A stretch of 63,520 nt of DNA, the filler included, from an uncultured bacterium (GTDB lineage Bacteria > B130-G9), in the NCBI GenBank assembly GCA_965372715.1. It is 14 parts of 14 records of this genome, joined end to end, with 100 filler letters (N's around TTAATTAATTAA, not from the genome) between each part and the next. Parts side by side here need not be neighbours in the genome. Positions count along the whole stretch, not along the records: positions 53,337 to 56,257 come from CBDVDH010000103.1; positions 56,358 to 59,061 come from CBDVDH010000105.1; positions 59,162 to 61,784 come from CBDVDH010000106.1; positions 61,885 to 63,520 come from CBDVDH010000111.1; 10 more parts are not named here. The stretch is one strand, 5' to 3'. The notes under the pieces are model-generated. The model searched no databases. It saw only the letters and a list, made by a program, of their open reading frames with translations, and was not told where the DNA came from. The first letter of the stretch is position 1; the number at the start of each line of letters is the position of its first letter. Made by a program: the position numbers and the translations under genes. Shown one piece after another: positions 53,427 through 63,520 of this stretch.

Positions 53427-56105
53427 ATGAGCATGCCAGACAGAAGGAAGATATTCCTCATCGACGGGCACGCGTTCATCTTCCGGTCGTTCTTCGCAGA
53501 AAGGACGCTCTCGACCAGCACCGGCCTGCCAACCAACGCCATCTACGGGTTCATTAACTCGCTGCTTCACGTGATCGAATCACAGAACGTGGAATATGTC
53601 GCGGTAGCGTTCGATTCACCAGGGCCAACGTTCCGCAACGAGATATATCCCGACTACAAAGCGAACCGGCCCGAGGCGCCGGAGGACCTGGTCGCGCAGA
53701 TTCCGCACATCCAGCGCTTCCTGAAGGCGATGAACATCGAGAGCCTCGCCCTGACGGGTTTCGAGGCGGACGACATTCTCGGCACGTTGGCTTCGCGGGC
53801 GAAGCAGGCGGGCTTCGATGTCGTCATCGTTACCTCGGACAAGGATATGTTCCAGCTCGTTGGCAACGCCGTTAGCGTCTTTGACCCTTGGAAGGACGTC
53901 ACTTACGACGCTCAAGAGGTGCGCGACAAGCTCGGCGTCGATCCTGCGCAGGCCTGCGATTTCCTCGCGCTTGCGGGCGATGCGACCGACAATATCCCCG
54001 GCGTTCCGAAAGTGGGGCCCAAAACCGCCGCATCGCTGCTGTCCCGTTTCGGGTCGCTCGAGGCCATGCTGTCCGAGTCGCTGGAGAGTTGTGACGACAA
54101 GGCCTTGAAGAGAGTCGTCGAAAACAAAGACGTGGCGAAGATGTCGCTAGAGCTCGTTACGATCAGAAGTGACCTCCCAGTCAAACTCAATCTTGCGGAA
54201 TGCAAACGAAAAGAGCCGGACCAAGACGCGCTTCTGAAGCTGCTGCAAGCGCTGGAGTTCAGTTCCCTTGCCAACCGACTTCTCAAAAAGGAGGCAACAG
54301 TCAAGAAGGATTACAGAGCAGTTCTCACAATGGAGCAGCTCGCTGAACTGAGAGAAGAACTGCTCGCGGCCGACGAGTTGGCAGTTGACACCGAGACGAC
54401 AGGCACCGACGCCCTCTCGAGCGAGATGATCGGCCTTTCATTCTCGACCAGGCCCGATTCAGGCTACTACATCCCGCTTGCGCACAATTACCTCGGCGCG
54501 CCGAGGCAGCTCGACAAGTCCGTTGTTCTTTCCGCCCTAAAACCGCTCCTCGAGGACGCCTCAAAGCGAAAGATCGGCCAGAACATCAAGTTCGACCTGC
54601 TGGTCCTGAGGAATCAGGGCATCGAGCTTCGCGGCATATCGTTTGACACGATGATCGCCGACTATCTGCTCCGCCCAACGCAGCGCGGCCACGGGCTTGA
54701 CGCTCTGGCGCTTCACTATCTCGGCTATCAGACAACAAGCTACAAGGAACTCGTCCCGCCCCGGTCTAGCATCTCCGACCTCCGGGACGTTGAGGTGCCC
54801 AGGGTTACTCATTACGCCTCAGAGGACGCCGACGTCGCCCTAATCCTGAAACAGGAACTCGAGGCGCCGCTCGCTGAGCAGGGCCTTGAGAGGCTATTCC
54901 ACGAGATCGAGATGCCGCTGGTTTCAGTTCTCGCCGACGTGGAGCGGCGTGGGGTGAAGCTGGACGTTGCGTTTCTCGGCGAGATGTCGAATGAGCTGAA
55001 GGTCGAGCTCGACGCGCTGAATGGCAAGATATTTCATCTCGCTGGGGAGAAGTTCAACATCAATTCGCCGAAGCAGCTCGCTCATATTCTCTTTGAGAAG
55101 CTCAAGTTGCCGAAGGGCCGCAAGACCAAGACCGAATACTCGACCGACGTGAAGGTCCTGCAATCGCTCGCAAGTGTTCATCCACTGCCAGCGGAACTGC
55201 TCGCATACCGCGAACTGAGCAAGCTCAAATCGACATACGTTGACGCGTTGCCGAAGCTCGTCAATCCAAAAACCGGCCGCATCCACACGTCGTTCAACCA
55301 GACGGTTACCGCGACTGGCCGCCTCTCAAGCAGCGAGCCGAACCTGCAGAATATACCCATCAGAACCGAGCTCGGCCGAAGGATACGCCAGGCGTTCATC
55401 CCAGAAGACGGCCACGTCCTCGTCTCGTTTGATTACTCGCAGATCGAGCTGAGGCTCCTTGCGCACCTTTCGGGCGACCCAGAATTGGTATCGGCATTCA
55501 AGCAAGGCAAGGACGTGCACACGCGGACTGCGTCAAACCTGTTTGGTGTGCCTGAGGAACACGTAACGCGAGAGCAACGCGGTCAGGCAAAGACGATCAA
55601 CTTCGGCGTCATATACGGCATGGGGCCGTTCAGACTTAGCCAGGACCTCGGAATCGAGATGTCCAGGGCAAAGCGGTACATCGAGGACTATTTCACAAGG
55701 TATTCAGGGGTCAAGGAACTGACCGAGAAAACCTACCAAAAAGCGGCCTCGGAGGGCTACGTTGCCACAATGTTCGGGAGGAGACGCTACACTCCCGACA
55801 TCAACAGCAGCGACCGGCAAAAGAGCGAGGCGGCAAAGCGGGCTGCGTTCAACACAATCGTTCAAGGCTCCGCCGCAGACATCATCAAGATCGTCATGAT
55901 CGAGCTCGCCGACGCGATCAGGGCCGTGCGCCTCGACGCCCACATGATCCTTCAGGTTCACGACGAGCTTGTGTTTGAGGTCCGTCAGGAACAGGTGGAC
56001 AAGGTGATTGAGATCGTTAAGCCGATTATGGAAAACGCCGTGAGGCTCAGCGTTCCACTCGTAACATCAGCCACGGTTGGCGACAACTGGAAGGACGCGA
56101 AATAA
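53427..56105 (+). CDS. polA: DNA polymerase I
   Basis: LIDG..RSFFA, YKANR, EADD, DTETT, TGRLSSSEPNLQNIP, DYSQIELR, KTINFG..YG, QVHDEL. Confidence 0.98.
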   Translation: MSMPDRRKIFLIDGHAFIFRSFFAERTLSTSTGLPTNAIYGFINSLLHVIESQNVEYVAVAFDSPGPTFRNEIYPDYKANRPEAPEDLVAQIPHIQRFLKAMNIESLALTGFEADDILGTLASRAKQAGFDVVIVTSDKDMFQLVGNAVSVFDPWKDVTYDAQEVRDKLGVDPAQACDFLALAGDATDNIPGVPKVGPKTAASLLSRFGSLEAMLSESLESCDDKALKRVVENKDVAKMSLELVTIRSDLPVKLNLAECKRKEPDQDALLKLLQALEFSSLANRLLKKEATVKKDYRAVLTMEQLAELREELLAADELAVDTETTGTDALSSEMIGLSFSTRPDSGYYIPLAHNYLGAPRQLDKSVVLSALKPLLEDASKRKIGQNIKFDLLVLRNQGIELRGISFDTMIADYLLRPTQRGHGLDALALHYLGYQTTSYKELVPPRSSISDLRDVEVPRVTHYASEDADVALILKQELEAPLAEQGLERLFHEIEMPLVSVLADVERRGVKLDVAFLGEMSNELKVELDALNGKIFHLAGEKFNINSPKQLAHILFEKLKLPKGRKTKTEYSTDVKVLQSLASVHPLPAELLAYRELSKLKSTYVDALPKLVNPKTGRIHTSFNQTVTATGRLSSSEPNLQNIPIRTELGRRIRQAFIPEDGHVLVSFDYSQIELRLLAHLSGDPELVSAFKQGKDVHTRTASNLFGVPEEHVTREQRGQAKTINFGVIYGMGPFRLSQDLGIEMSRAKRYIEDYFTRYSGVKELTEKTYQKAASEGYVATMFGRRRYTPDINSSDRQKSEAAKRAAFNTIVQGSAADIIKIVMIELADAIRAVRLDAHMILQVHDELVFEVRQEQVDKVIEIVKPIMENAVRLSVPLVTSATVGDNWKDAK

Positions 56106-56357
56106 TCGGGCGGGAGCTTGGGAAGCTCACGAGGTGCAGCAGCAGACGACTGAGAGCCAATCGTAGGGGCGGCTCACCAGCCCCCCATAACACATCGGAA
56201 GAGCCCACCTCAGAACACCACTAACAAATTACCAACGCGTATTGCGTCATCTGCGGGNNNNNNNNNNNNNNNNNNNNNNNNNNNNNNNNNNNNNNNNNNN
56301 NTTAATTAATTAANNNNNNNNNNNNNNNNNNNNNNNNNNNNNNNNNNNNNNNNNNNN

Positions 56358-56417
56358 TGCCCCGCCCTTGATAGGTTCGGTCACATGAGATAAGGGCGGG
56401 GCAAGCACCGCCCCTAC
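56358..56417. repeat. REPIN (inverted REP pair with a conserved spacer)
   Basis: tgccccgccctt-gataggttcggtcacatgagat-aagggcggggca...; related spacer at 53337-53360 and 59001-59012. Confidence 0.75.
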
Positions 56418-56468
56418 CATCCACGACACGGACTTATTGGACAGCCTCTTAAGGCAAGAGTTTTCCAC

Positions 56469-56498
56469 TTGACAAGGCCTTAACTTGTCAAATATGAT
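56469..56498 (+). promoter_or_regulatory. Sigma70 promoter overlapped by a palindrome
   Basis: TTGACA-N18-TATGAT; TTGACAAG-N7-CTTGTCAA at 56469-56491. Confidence 0.7.
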
Positions 56499-56504
56499 GT
56501 GCTG

Positions 56505-56722
56505 GAGAGTGAATGCCTGAAACGCAATGGTGCTGTGCTGATAAGGCGCGGCTGACCCCGGAGGGGATAAGATGGGTATATTCGCTTCACACGGCAGTCG
56601 TCAGTGTTCTGACGAGCGCCCGTTCCGTGCCGCCTCAGCAAATCTGAATGATTGGCGGCGGGGGGGGGCAGCCCAAGCCGAGCCCGACCTACAAGTTACG
56701 ACGGAGTTTCACCCTCTTTTTA
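56505..56722 (+). ncRNA. Candidate structured ncRNA of about 212 nt, family unassigned
   Basis: 5' GAGAGTGAA pairs with 3' TTCACCCTC followed by T6; nested stems; starts at the predicted TSS. Confidence 0.55.
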
Positions 56723-56907
56723 TGTTTCCGCGCCTGGTTATCCTGGTTTAAGCGGGAAGAGGACCCGTGGCAAAATCAGACCACGAGGCCCTCCTATGCG
56801 TCCCGCGTGCCATCCGAAGATGGCATCAACCACAGGAGAAGTGTCGCATTTAGATGAAAACACACAACACGTTTCGTACTGAACACAAAAATGAGTAAGG
56901 AGAGAGT

Positions 56908-58926
56908 ATGCGAGCAATGAGTGTCTTATTGTCAGCTATCTTGATACTTGTAGCTATCTCGGCCGAGGCGGAGTCGTTCTGGCCAATGTTTCAAAGGGAT
57001 GCCCAGCACACAGGTTTGGGACCGGTTTCGACCCCGGACCAGCCGCAGCTGCTCTGGGAGACGGACGTGACAGGCAACCTTCCGGGGGCGGATTCGCACC
57101 TTGTGCTTGGAATTGACGGCTGCGTCTGGGCCGTTGGTCGGACGATCATGCGAATCTCCACATCAGGGGAGCTTCTTGGCCGGTTCGGTGTTGGGGAAGG
57201 TCTTGTTGGCAGTTTCAATGCAGGCGGCGCCCCGGTTGTTGTGACTGACGGCTCCATAGTCGCAATGGCGGGCGTGTGCAACGAGGCGCAGTTATTCATC
57301 CCCACATTGTACATGATCGAGCCGACAGGAGACGTCCGCTGGACGCTGCCCCTGGAGGGTGAGCAACGGCGGTCGCTGCGGTCGCTGCTTACGCTGGGGC
57401 AGCAGCAAACCATCTATTGTGCTTCTGGTTATTGCATATATGCGATATCTGTGGAGGGAGAGGTCTTGTGGTCGTACACCTGCGATGCTGAAGCCACAAC
57501 CTTCCCCGCAGCTGCCGAGGATGGCACTGTCTATTTCGGCGCCATGAACGGATGCCTATATTCGCTATCGTCCGATGGCGGCTTGAATTGGAGTTTCGCC
57601 ACCGGTTCTGCTCCGCCGATCTCCTCTGCTCCCACAATAGATGAAAACGGCAATGTGCATTTCGTGGCATCAATGAAGGGCTTCTACTGCATCGGGAGCG
57701 ATGGCTCGACCCAGTTTTTCTACCCTAGCGATTGTTCGTGCTATACAAGCCCAGTCTTGTTGAGCGATGGCTCGGTAGTCTTCCTGGCCGGCAAGAGAGA
57801 CGGAAGCTGTGAAGTGATATGTCTCGACGCACAGGGCGAAGAGAGGTACAAGACTGCACTGGCGGGCGACCAGGACCCCTTGACAAGCCCCATGGCTGAC
57901 CAAGATGGTAACGTCTATGTAGCGTATATGTCCAGTGAGCAGGGCCCGCCAGCGGTCTATCGCAAGCATCTTGCGAGGGTCGATCGCGAGGGCAATTATC
58001 GAGAGCTTCTGAGTTCGACGAGTGTGGTCCCCTCAAACGCCGGTGGTCTGTGTATGGGAGCGGATGGCACAATATATGTCTATCTCGGCAATCTGGTGTG
58101 TGCGCTTGGCTGGCCCCTGCAGTCCTTGAGCGTCGGGGTATCGAGTGGCCTTGTCGCGTTCGACATGGAAATCGGCTGGATACGCGCAGCATCGATCTGG
58201 CTAAGCAATCCACTGGGTCCGATGGACGCTGACTGCTACATCGCATACCGAAAGGTCGGAAGCGACGAGCTGTTCTTCTACCCGTTTTGGTCGAACGAGC
58301 CGTCGGGCAGTGCGCTTCAGTTCAGGCCCCTGCCCGCGGGCGCGCAATTCCCTAAGATCGAGCTGATACATCTTCAGGAGCGCACTTTTGAGCCGGGGGA
58401 ATACGAATGGCTTGCCGGACTGTTTGAGCCTCGGACATTCAACCCTTTGTGCGAGATAGCGTCGTGTGAATTCACCGTGCACGCCCAACCTACCCGGGGA
58501 CTGGGCGACTCTCCGAGTCAACAGACGAGCGCTGCTATTGACCCAGCTCTAAATGAGACACCGCTGACGGTACAACTCTGGACTGACAAGCGCGATTACA
58601 CAGCGGGCGAGACGCTTGATCTCTCACTCAGCATTGATAATCAGGATTTCGGTATGCCCTTTGACCTCTACATCGCGGCGACGATGGATGCTGACCCGAA
58701 CGGGACGCTCTACTTCTTCCCGACCTGGGCGACCGATCCGAGCTTCACGAACATCTCATTCTTGCCGCTGCCACAGGGCGCCTCGCTTCCGGACTTAACG
58801 CTCATGCACCTTCCGCTTTGGGACGGCCTCCCACCAGGCGACTACAGATTCCTGGCGGCGTTCTTCCTCACGGGCAGATTTGAGCTGGCCAGCGAGATCG
58901 CCGAGGCGAGGTGGACGCTGATGTAG
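56908..58926 (+). CDS. Secreted PQQ-like beta-propeller protein with two copies of the shared C-terminal module
   Basis: WPMFQRDAQHTG, DGTVYFG..GCLYSL..DG.LNWSF; DCYIA..FFYP.W and DLYIA..YFFP.W modules. Confidence 0.85.
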   Translation: MRAMSVLLSAILILVAISAEAESFWPMFQRDAQHTGLGPVSTPDQPQLLWETDVTGNLPGADSHLVLGIDGCVWAVGRTIMRISTSGELLGRFGVGEGLVGSFNAGGAPVVVTDGSIVAMAGVCNEAQLFIPTLYMIEPTGDVRWTLPLEGEQRRSLRSLLTLGQQQTIYCASGYCIYAISVEGEVLWSYTCDAEATTFPAAAEDGTVYFGAMNGCLYSLSSDGGLNWSFATGSAPPISSAPTIDENGNVHFVASMKGFYCIGSDGSTQFFYPSDCSCYTSPVLLSDGSVVFLAGKRDGSCEVICLDAQGEERYKTALAGDQDPLTSPMADQDGNVYVAYMSSEQGPPAVYRKHLARVDREGNYRELLSSTSVVPSNAGGLCMGADGTIYVYLGNLVCALGWPLQSLSVGVSSGLVAFDMEIGWIRAASIWLSNPLGPMDADCYIAYRKVGSDELFFYPFWSNEPSGSALQFRPLPAGAQFPKIELIHLQERTFEPGEYEWLAGLFEPRTFNPLCEIASCEFTVHAQPTRGLGDSPSQQTSAAIDPALNETPLTVQLWTDKRDYTAGETLDLSLSIDNQDFGMPFDLYIAATMDADPNGTLYFFPTWATDPSFTNISFLPLPQGASLPDLTLMHLPLWDGLPPGDYRFLAAFFLTGRFELASEIAEARWTLM

Positions 58927-59161
58927 GGGTGTATTCGCCGCGCGGCGAACTGTGCCCTTCTCCGTTTCGTGGATGGTAGGGGCGGTGCTTGCCCCGCCCT
59001 TCATAGGTTCGGAATCGGCGTGTAGGGGCGGTGTCTCAGACCTAACAATTGTACGCATATTNNNNNNNNNNNNNNNNNNNNNNNNNNNNNNNNNNNNNNN
59101 NNNNNTTAATTAATTAANNNNNNNNNNNNNNNNNNNNNNNNNNNNNNNNNNNNNNNNNNNN

Positions 59162-61081
59162 CGTGTCGCCCGCGTGATAGAGCTCCCGGTCCGTCGTGAT
59201 AGTTATCGAGGGCTTCGCCGGCTGGAGGCCCGACTCCCGGCACAAGAGCCCGGAGGGCGTCGCGAACCACACGTCGCCGTTCGGGGCTATCGAGATGTCG
59301 CGTATCTCGTTGACGGGCAAGCCGCTGTCGATGTCCCACATGGTCCACTGGTCGCGGTCGAAGTAGGCCAGACCATCGTTGGTCGCGACCCAGATGTTAT
59401 TGTCCGCATCGCACTCAATGCAGTTTATGCGATTAGATGGCAGCCCATCATCCATTGTGTACCATGCCACCTCGTTTTCGCCGTCGAACTCAAGAATACC
59501 TCGCTCGCTGGCGCCAAAGCCCAGCCAAAGCATCCCGTCGTTGTCGCATTTAATCGTCCGGACATATTCGTATTGCGGCAGGAACTGGTCGAGCTGATCG
59601 TTCTTGACGGCGGCCAGGCCGATCGACGTGCCGACCCAGATTCGGCCCTGTTGGTCGCAAGCGATGCCCTCAGGCGTTATTGCCCGCGGCGGCTCGCTGT
59701 CCGTAAACGCCTGAAAAGTCTTCCACGAGGCGCCATCGTATTTGGCAAGACCTTGGTCCGCGCAGAGCCAGAGGTTGTCATCCTGGTCGAAACAAAGGTT
59801 CGTGGAGCTCGACAGCGACATCCCGCCATCTCCCGCATACCGGTAGTTGATCATCGTCCCTCTCCAGCCCTTCAGCCATTGCCGGCAGGCAAGCCAAACC
59901 GTGCCATCCGGCCCGAACGCGATATCATAGACCTCGTCGGAGTAGTTGGTCCCTGGGTTGTAGAGCTCCTTCCACCTCACACCGTCAGAATAGCCAACCT
60001 GGCCGAAATTGGTTCCGTAGAACGTCCTGCCCAGGCCATCCACAGCAACAGAACATATATCGTTGTTCATCACGGTGCTCTCGCCGCCCGTGTAACTGTT
60101 CCACAGACCCTGGTAGTACCATGCCAGGCCACCGCCCGTAGTGAACCATACTGTGCCGTCAGGCGCCGCGGCTACAGCCTTCACGTTGTCTGACGGCAGG
60201 CCAGAGTTCAGTGTGTTGAAGATGGTCCAGTTGTCGCCGTCGAACATGGACACGCCCGCGGCGCTATCGGGGACCCAGATGCGGCCTAGGCTGTCAATCG
60301 CCACTCCGACTGGCTGCCAGCCAGCCAGACCGTCTTGCTGCCAGTAGTATTCAGCCACGTCCTGGCCGTTTTTTATATGGTACACCTTGCTCCCGGCAGC
60401 AAGCCAGACATCACCGGCGTCTGTTGCAGCAATTGCCTCCGGCGTGTAATCACCATAAGCCAAACCGTCGAACGTCTGCCACTCGCCGTCCCTGTATCGC
60501 GCAAGCTGATGTTCATTATCCGATGAGCGCTCCGGCCTTGGGCCCGTCCACGCAAACCAGCCAGTTCCATCCGGCGCGAAGCATATCGCGTTTGGGCTGC
60601 TGCTCGGCACCGGGTTGTCGATGTCCGACCAACTCGTCCCGTCGAAGCGCACGATTCCGTGCGTCATGCCACCTGATGCAGTGTACGTGGTAAGCGAGGC
60701 CCAGACGCTCCCATCGGGCGCCGCGGCTATCACACCACCGGACCAACGTGCGTCAGGGAAAAGGAACGTCTCCAACTGACCGTCCAGGACGCGGCAAATG
60801 ACCGTGTTGCAGTGAACCCAGACACCGCCGCTAGTATCGACTGCAACCTGGTTTCTTGGATATGATGACGGAAGGCGAAACACATCGAGCTGCTCCGTCA
60901 AAGGGCTAAACCCGACCAGAAATCCCCCAGATTTGAACCACACCTGGCCATCAGGCGCCGCGGCAATGCGCTTGCTGCTTGCAAAATGGTTCGTGTAGAG
61001 AGTGAACTCCTCGCCATAAGAGACGCCCAAGGCGAACGAGATTACAAAAGCCACTAGGGCGAGCAAAGTAAAGCGTCGCAT
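59162..61081 (-). CDS. Secreted two-component-regulator-type beta-propeller protein, cut at the start of the shared module
   Basis: NSGLPSDNV..APDGTVW, DDGLPSNRI, SGLPVNEI; ends PSITITTDRELYHAGDT; ATG 61081 behind AGGAGG. Confidence 0.85.
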
Positions 61082-61149
61082 AAGTTTCCTCCTTTTTTTC
61101 ATAGAAACGCGGGGGGCTGACGAACAGCCCCCCACGCCATTTCAAGCAG

Positions 61150-61554
61150 CTAGTCACAGTCGGGGAAGAGAAGAACATCGCATTCGTCGGGGTCGCGCCC
61201 GGAGCATCCGGTCACGGTCTCGAAGTGATAGCTATACTCCTCGCTTCCGTCCAACGTTACCTTTACACCGAACGGCACGCACATATCATACGGCGGCAAC
61301 TCCAGTATCCCGCACGTGTACCAGTAGGTGGTTCCGCCGACCACTGTCAACACGAGACGCACGGTTGTGGTTTCTACACAGTCAGCGTCCAAGTCCACCT
61401 CGAATTCGTAGTCGCACTCAGTCCCGCCAACCTTGCCATTGCTGCCGTGGCAAAGACGGTCTGTTGGGCAGCAGCCGTCCGCCCAAACATAGGCCACGAT
61501 ACCAGCAGCAATGACCAAACAGACTGACAAGACTATCAGAGACTTTTGATTGAT
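61150..61554 (-). CDS. Small secreted Cys-rich protein, start codon uncertain
   Basis: Signal-peptide-like NQKSLIVLSVCLVIAAGIVAYVWA, 10 Cys in the mature part; no in-frame ATG. Confidence 0.65.
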   Translation of the reverse strand: MNQKSLIVLSVCLVIAAGIVAYVWADGCCPTDRLCHGSNGKVGGTECDYEFEVDLDADCVETTTVRLVLTVVGGTTYWYTCGILELPPYDMCVPFGVKVTLDGSEEYSYHFETVTGCSGRDPDECDVLLFPDCD

Positions 61555-61884
61555 TTGTATTCATCCTCGTACTTTGTGATTATCTTTCGATAATCATAGC
61601 GAATGTTGTAGTGTGTGGGCACGATATTGCGCCCACCTCGGCCGGCTGGGAGGTCTTGTGCCTCTCGGCCGGCTTTTTCATCCCGAGAATCGTCGAGATG
61701 AAAACATCGCGCGGTGTGCGTAGGTGGGCCTCGTGCGGTCGGGTCCGCCGTCGCCGGCTTGTCCTCCGTAGCTAGTGCGAAGGANNNNNNNNNNNNNNNN
61801 NNNNNNNNNNNNNNNNNNNNNNNNNNNNTTAATTAATTAANNNNNNNNNNNNNNNNNNNNNNNNNNNNNNNNNNNNNNNNNNNN

Positions 61885-62475
61885 CAGGAGGTTATCACTG
61901 AAGCCGTCATAGCCCCAGACTTCTTCCACGAGCGTCGCCCGAGCAACAACGCGACCGGCGTTGCGCATAAGCAAGGCCAGTATCTTGTACTCGGTCGGGG
62001 TCAATCTGACATTTTCGCCTTCGAGATAGACTTCATGTCGGTCTTCGTCAACGACGATTCCTGCCGCCTGGCAGACCCTGGGCTCATCATCAGAGGAAGT
62101 AGCGGCGCGACTAACGCGACGTAGGACAGCCTTGATGCGGGAAAGGAGTTCCTTTGGGCTGAAAGGCTTGGTGACGTAGTCATCGGCGCCTAGCTCAAGT
62201 CCAACGATGCGAGAGGCTTCTTCGGCTTTTGCCGTCAGCATGATAATGGGAACGTCGGACTTCTGGCGTATGGTGCGACAGATTTCGATGCCGTCAGCAT
62301 CCGGGAGCATCAGGTCGAGAATGATCAGGGTCGGTTCACCGCGCTCGAATTCCTTGAGGCCCGCCTCCCCCGTGCACGCGACGATGGGCGAGAATCCTGC
62401 AGTCTCGACCTTGAGTGAAATCGCCTCGGCTGCTGCTGGGTCATCTTCGATGATGAGGATTTGGTTCGCTGTCAT
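61885..62475 (-). CDS. OmpR-family response regulator (3' truncated)
   Basis: IIEDD, LDLMLP, MLTA, GADDYVTKPF, LTPTEY. Confidence 0.95.
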
Positions 62476-62536
62476 CGGGTTGGTTCCCCGGTTCCTGTGG
62501 AGGCGCGCGCCTCCCTCGGAAGGGCTGTAGCTTCCC

Positions 62537-63520
62537 TTATTGCTTCTCCAAATTGAAACTCAGACAGAATGTGCTTCCTGCGCCCAAGGCGCTGTCAACC
62601 TCAATCTCAGCTCCCAGCATGTCGGCAATGCGAGCCACGATTGCCAGGCCCAGGCCGGCGCCCTCGCTCGCCGTTCCATTTACCCCTTTCTGACACCTGT
62701 AAAACTCCTCGAAGATTCGCTTCAGGTCCTGCTCGGGGATTCCACATCCGCGGTCGGTTACGCAAAGGCGCATCGTCTCGTCTCTGACAGTGGCGGCGAC
62801 AGCGACATCGCTCCCTTCAGGACTGTACTTGATTGCGTTGTCAATGAAGTTCGAAAGCGCTTGGTGGAGCCGCCGTTGATCGGTATGAAGAGCGGGGAGA
62901 TCGTCGGGCGCTGAGACGCCTATTTGGATTCCGCGCGCATCTGCCTGGGGCTGCAATATGCTTGCCGTGTCTTCGAGGAAGAGCTTAACGTCAATCTGGT
63001 CAACGTTGAGAGCCTCAGTCTCTGAGCGCAAACGCGAGAGCTCCAAGAGGTCCTCTACGATCTTATGGAGTTGATCTGCGCCCGTGGCAATGCGACGGAC
63101 AAAGGATAGTTGCTCATCAGTGAGGGGCCCCGCATCGCCATCGTGGAGCATCTCACAGAAGGCCTTGATGGAGGTCAATGGCGTGCGGAGTTCATGGGAG
63201 ACTGAGGCCACAAACTGAACCCGTAGCCTACCCAGCCCCCAGCGCTGGATCGCCACTTCCGCAAACTGTATCAACGCCCCTAGAGCTTGTGCAAGGTCCG
63301 CCGGGATCTCACACCTCTTCTCGGGGAAGTCGGCCACCATTACCCCTACGACTGTGCCTTCCAATCTGACCGGCACAAGGCAGGTTGAGAGGCCGTCGGG
63401 GGCCTCTCCGTCGTCCAAGAGCGACCGTATATGGAATACGCCAAGGCGCGCCTCGCCGAGGAGATCATCGAACACATCGGCTCCAAGAGCAAACTTGTTT
63501 TTCAGGAACTGCCGGTGGAC
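62537..63520 (-). CDS. Sensor histidine kinase (GAF-like + HisKA + HATPase), probably 5' truncated
   Basis: SHELRTPL, NFIDNAIKY, DRGCGI, GAGLGL. Confidence 0.93.
   Translation of the reverse strand, partial: VHRQFLKNKFALGADVFDDLLGEARLGVFHIRSLLDDGEAPDGLSTCLVPVRLEGTVVGVMVADFPEKRCEIPADLAQALGALIQFAEVAIQRWGLGRLRVQFVASVSHELRTPLTSIKAFCEMLHDGDAGPLTDEQLSFVRRIATGADQLHKIVEDLLELSRLRSETEALNVDQIDVKLFLEDTASILQPQADARGIQIGVSAPDDLPALHTDQRRLHQALSNFIDNAIKYSPEGSDVAVAATVRDETMRLCVTDRGCGIPEQDLKRIFEEFYRCQKGVNGTASEGAGLGLAIVARIADMLGAEIEVDSALGAGSTFCLSFNLEKQ

Noticed and set aside
56515-56620. Hammerhead ribozyme (CTGACGA and GAAAC) or group II intron 3' end
   Set aside because: Stem II cannot form and there is no domain V hairpin
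56740-56830. Cobalamin or c-di-GMP riboswitch upstream of the PQQ-like gene
   Set aside because: Hairpins are present but the conserved cores are incomplete

Overview
This window is not one continuous locus. It is 14 contigs of a draft or metagenome-assembled bacterial genome, in decreasing length order and joined by artificial 100-nt N/TTAATTAATTAA spacers, so adjacency across a spacer means nothing. The organism looks like an anaerobic diderm: it has buk/ptb, a selenocysteine SelD, an LPS heptose kinase and an outer-membrane beta-barrel. Other core genes are polA, a degP-like protease, a partial 16S rRNA and a two-component pair. Main highlights: (1) a 3.3-kb integron cassette (21451-24784) bounded by matching attC cores, encoding a nuclease-like + Ser/Thr kinase + GT4 glycosyltransferase fusion and followed by a frameshifted PHP-ABC ATPase, a candidate new defence system; (2) a 3,002-bp integrase-free unit bracketed by a perfect 122-bp direct repeat of the 16S 3' end; (3) a roughly 110-aa Ig-like module shared by at least 7 secreted proteins, a candidate lineage-specific sorting or anchoring domain; (4) a second integron array with three attC sites and an attI-like site; (5) an unassigned structured ncRNA of about 212 nt behind a promoter with a palindromic operator; (6) a barrel + Cys-patterned Big_1 lipoprotein operon; (7) two tandem paralog arrays and several REP families. 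All family assignments come from motifs recognised by eye, not from database searches.
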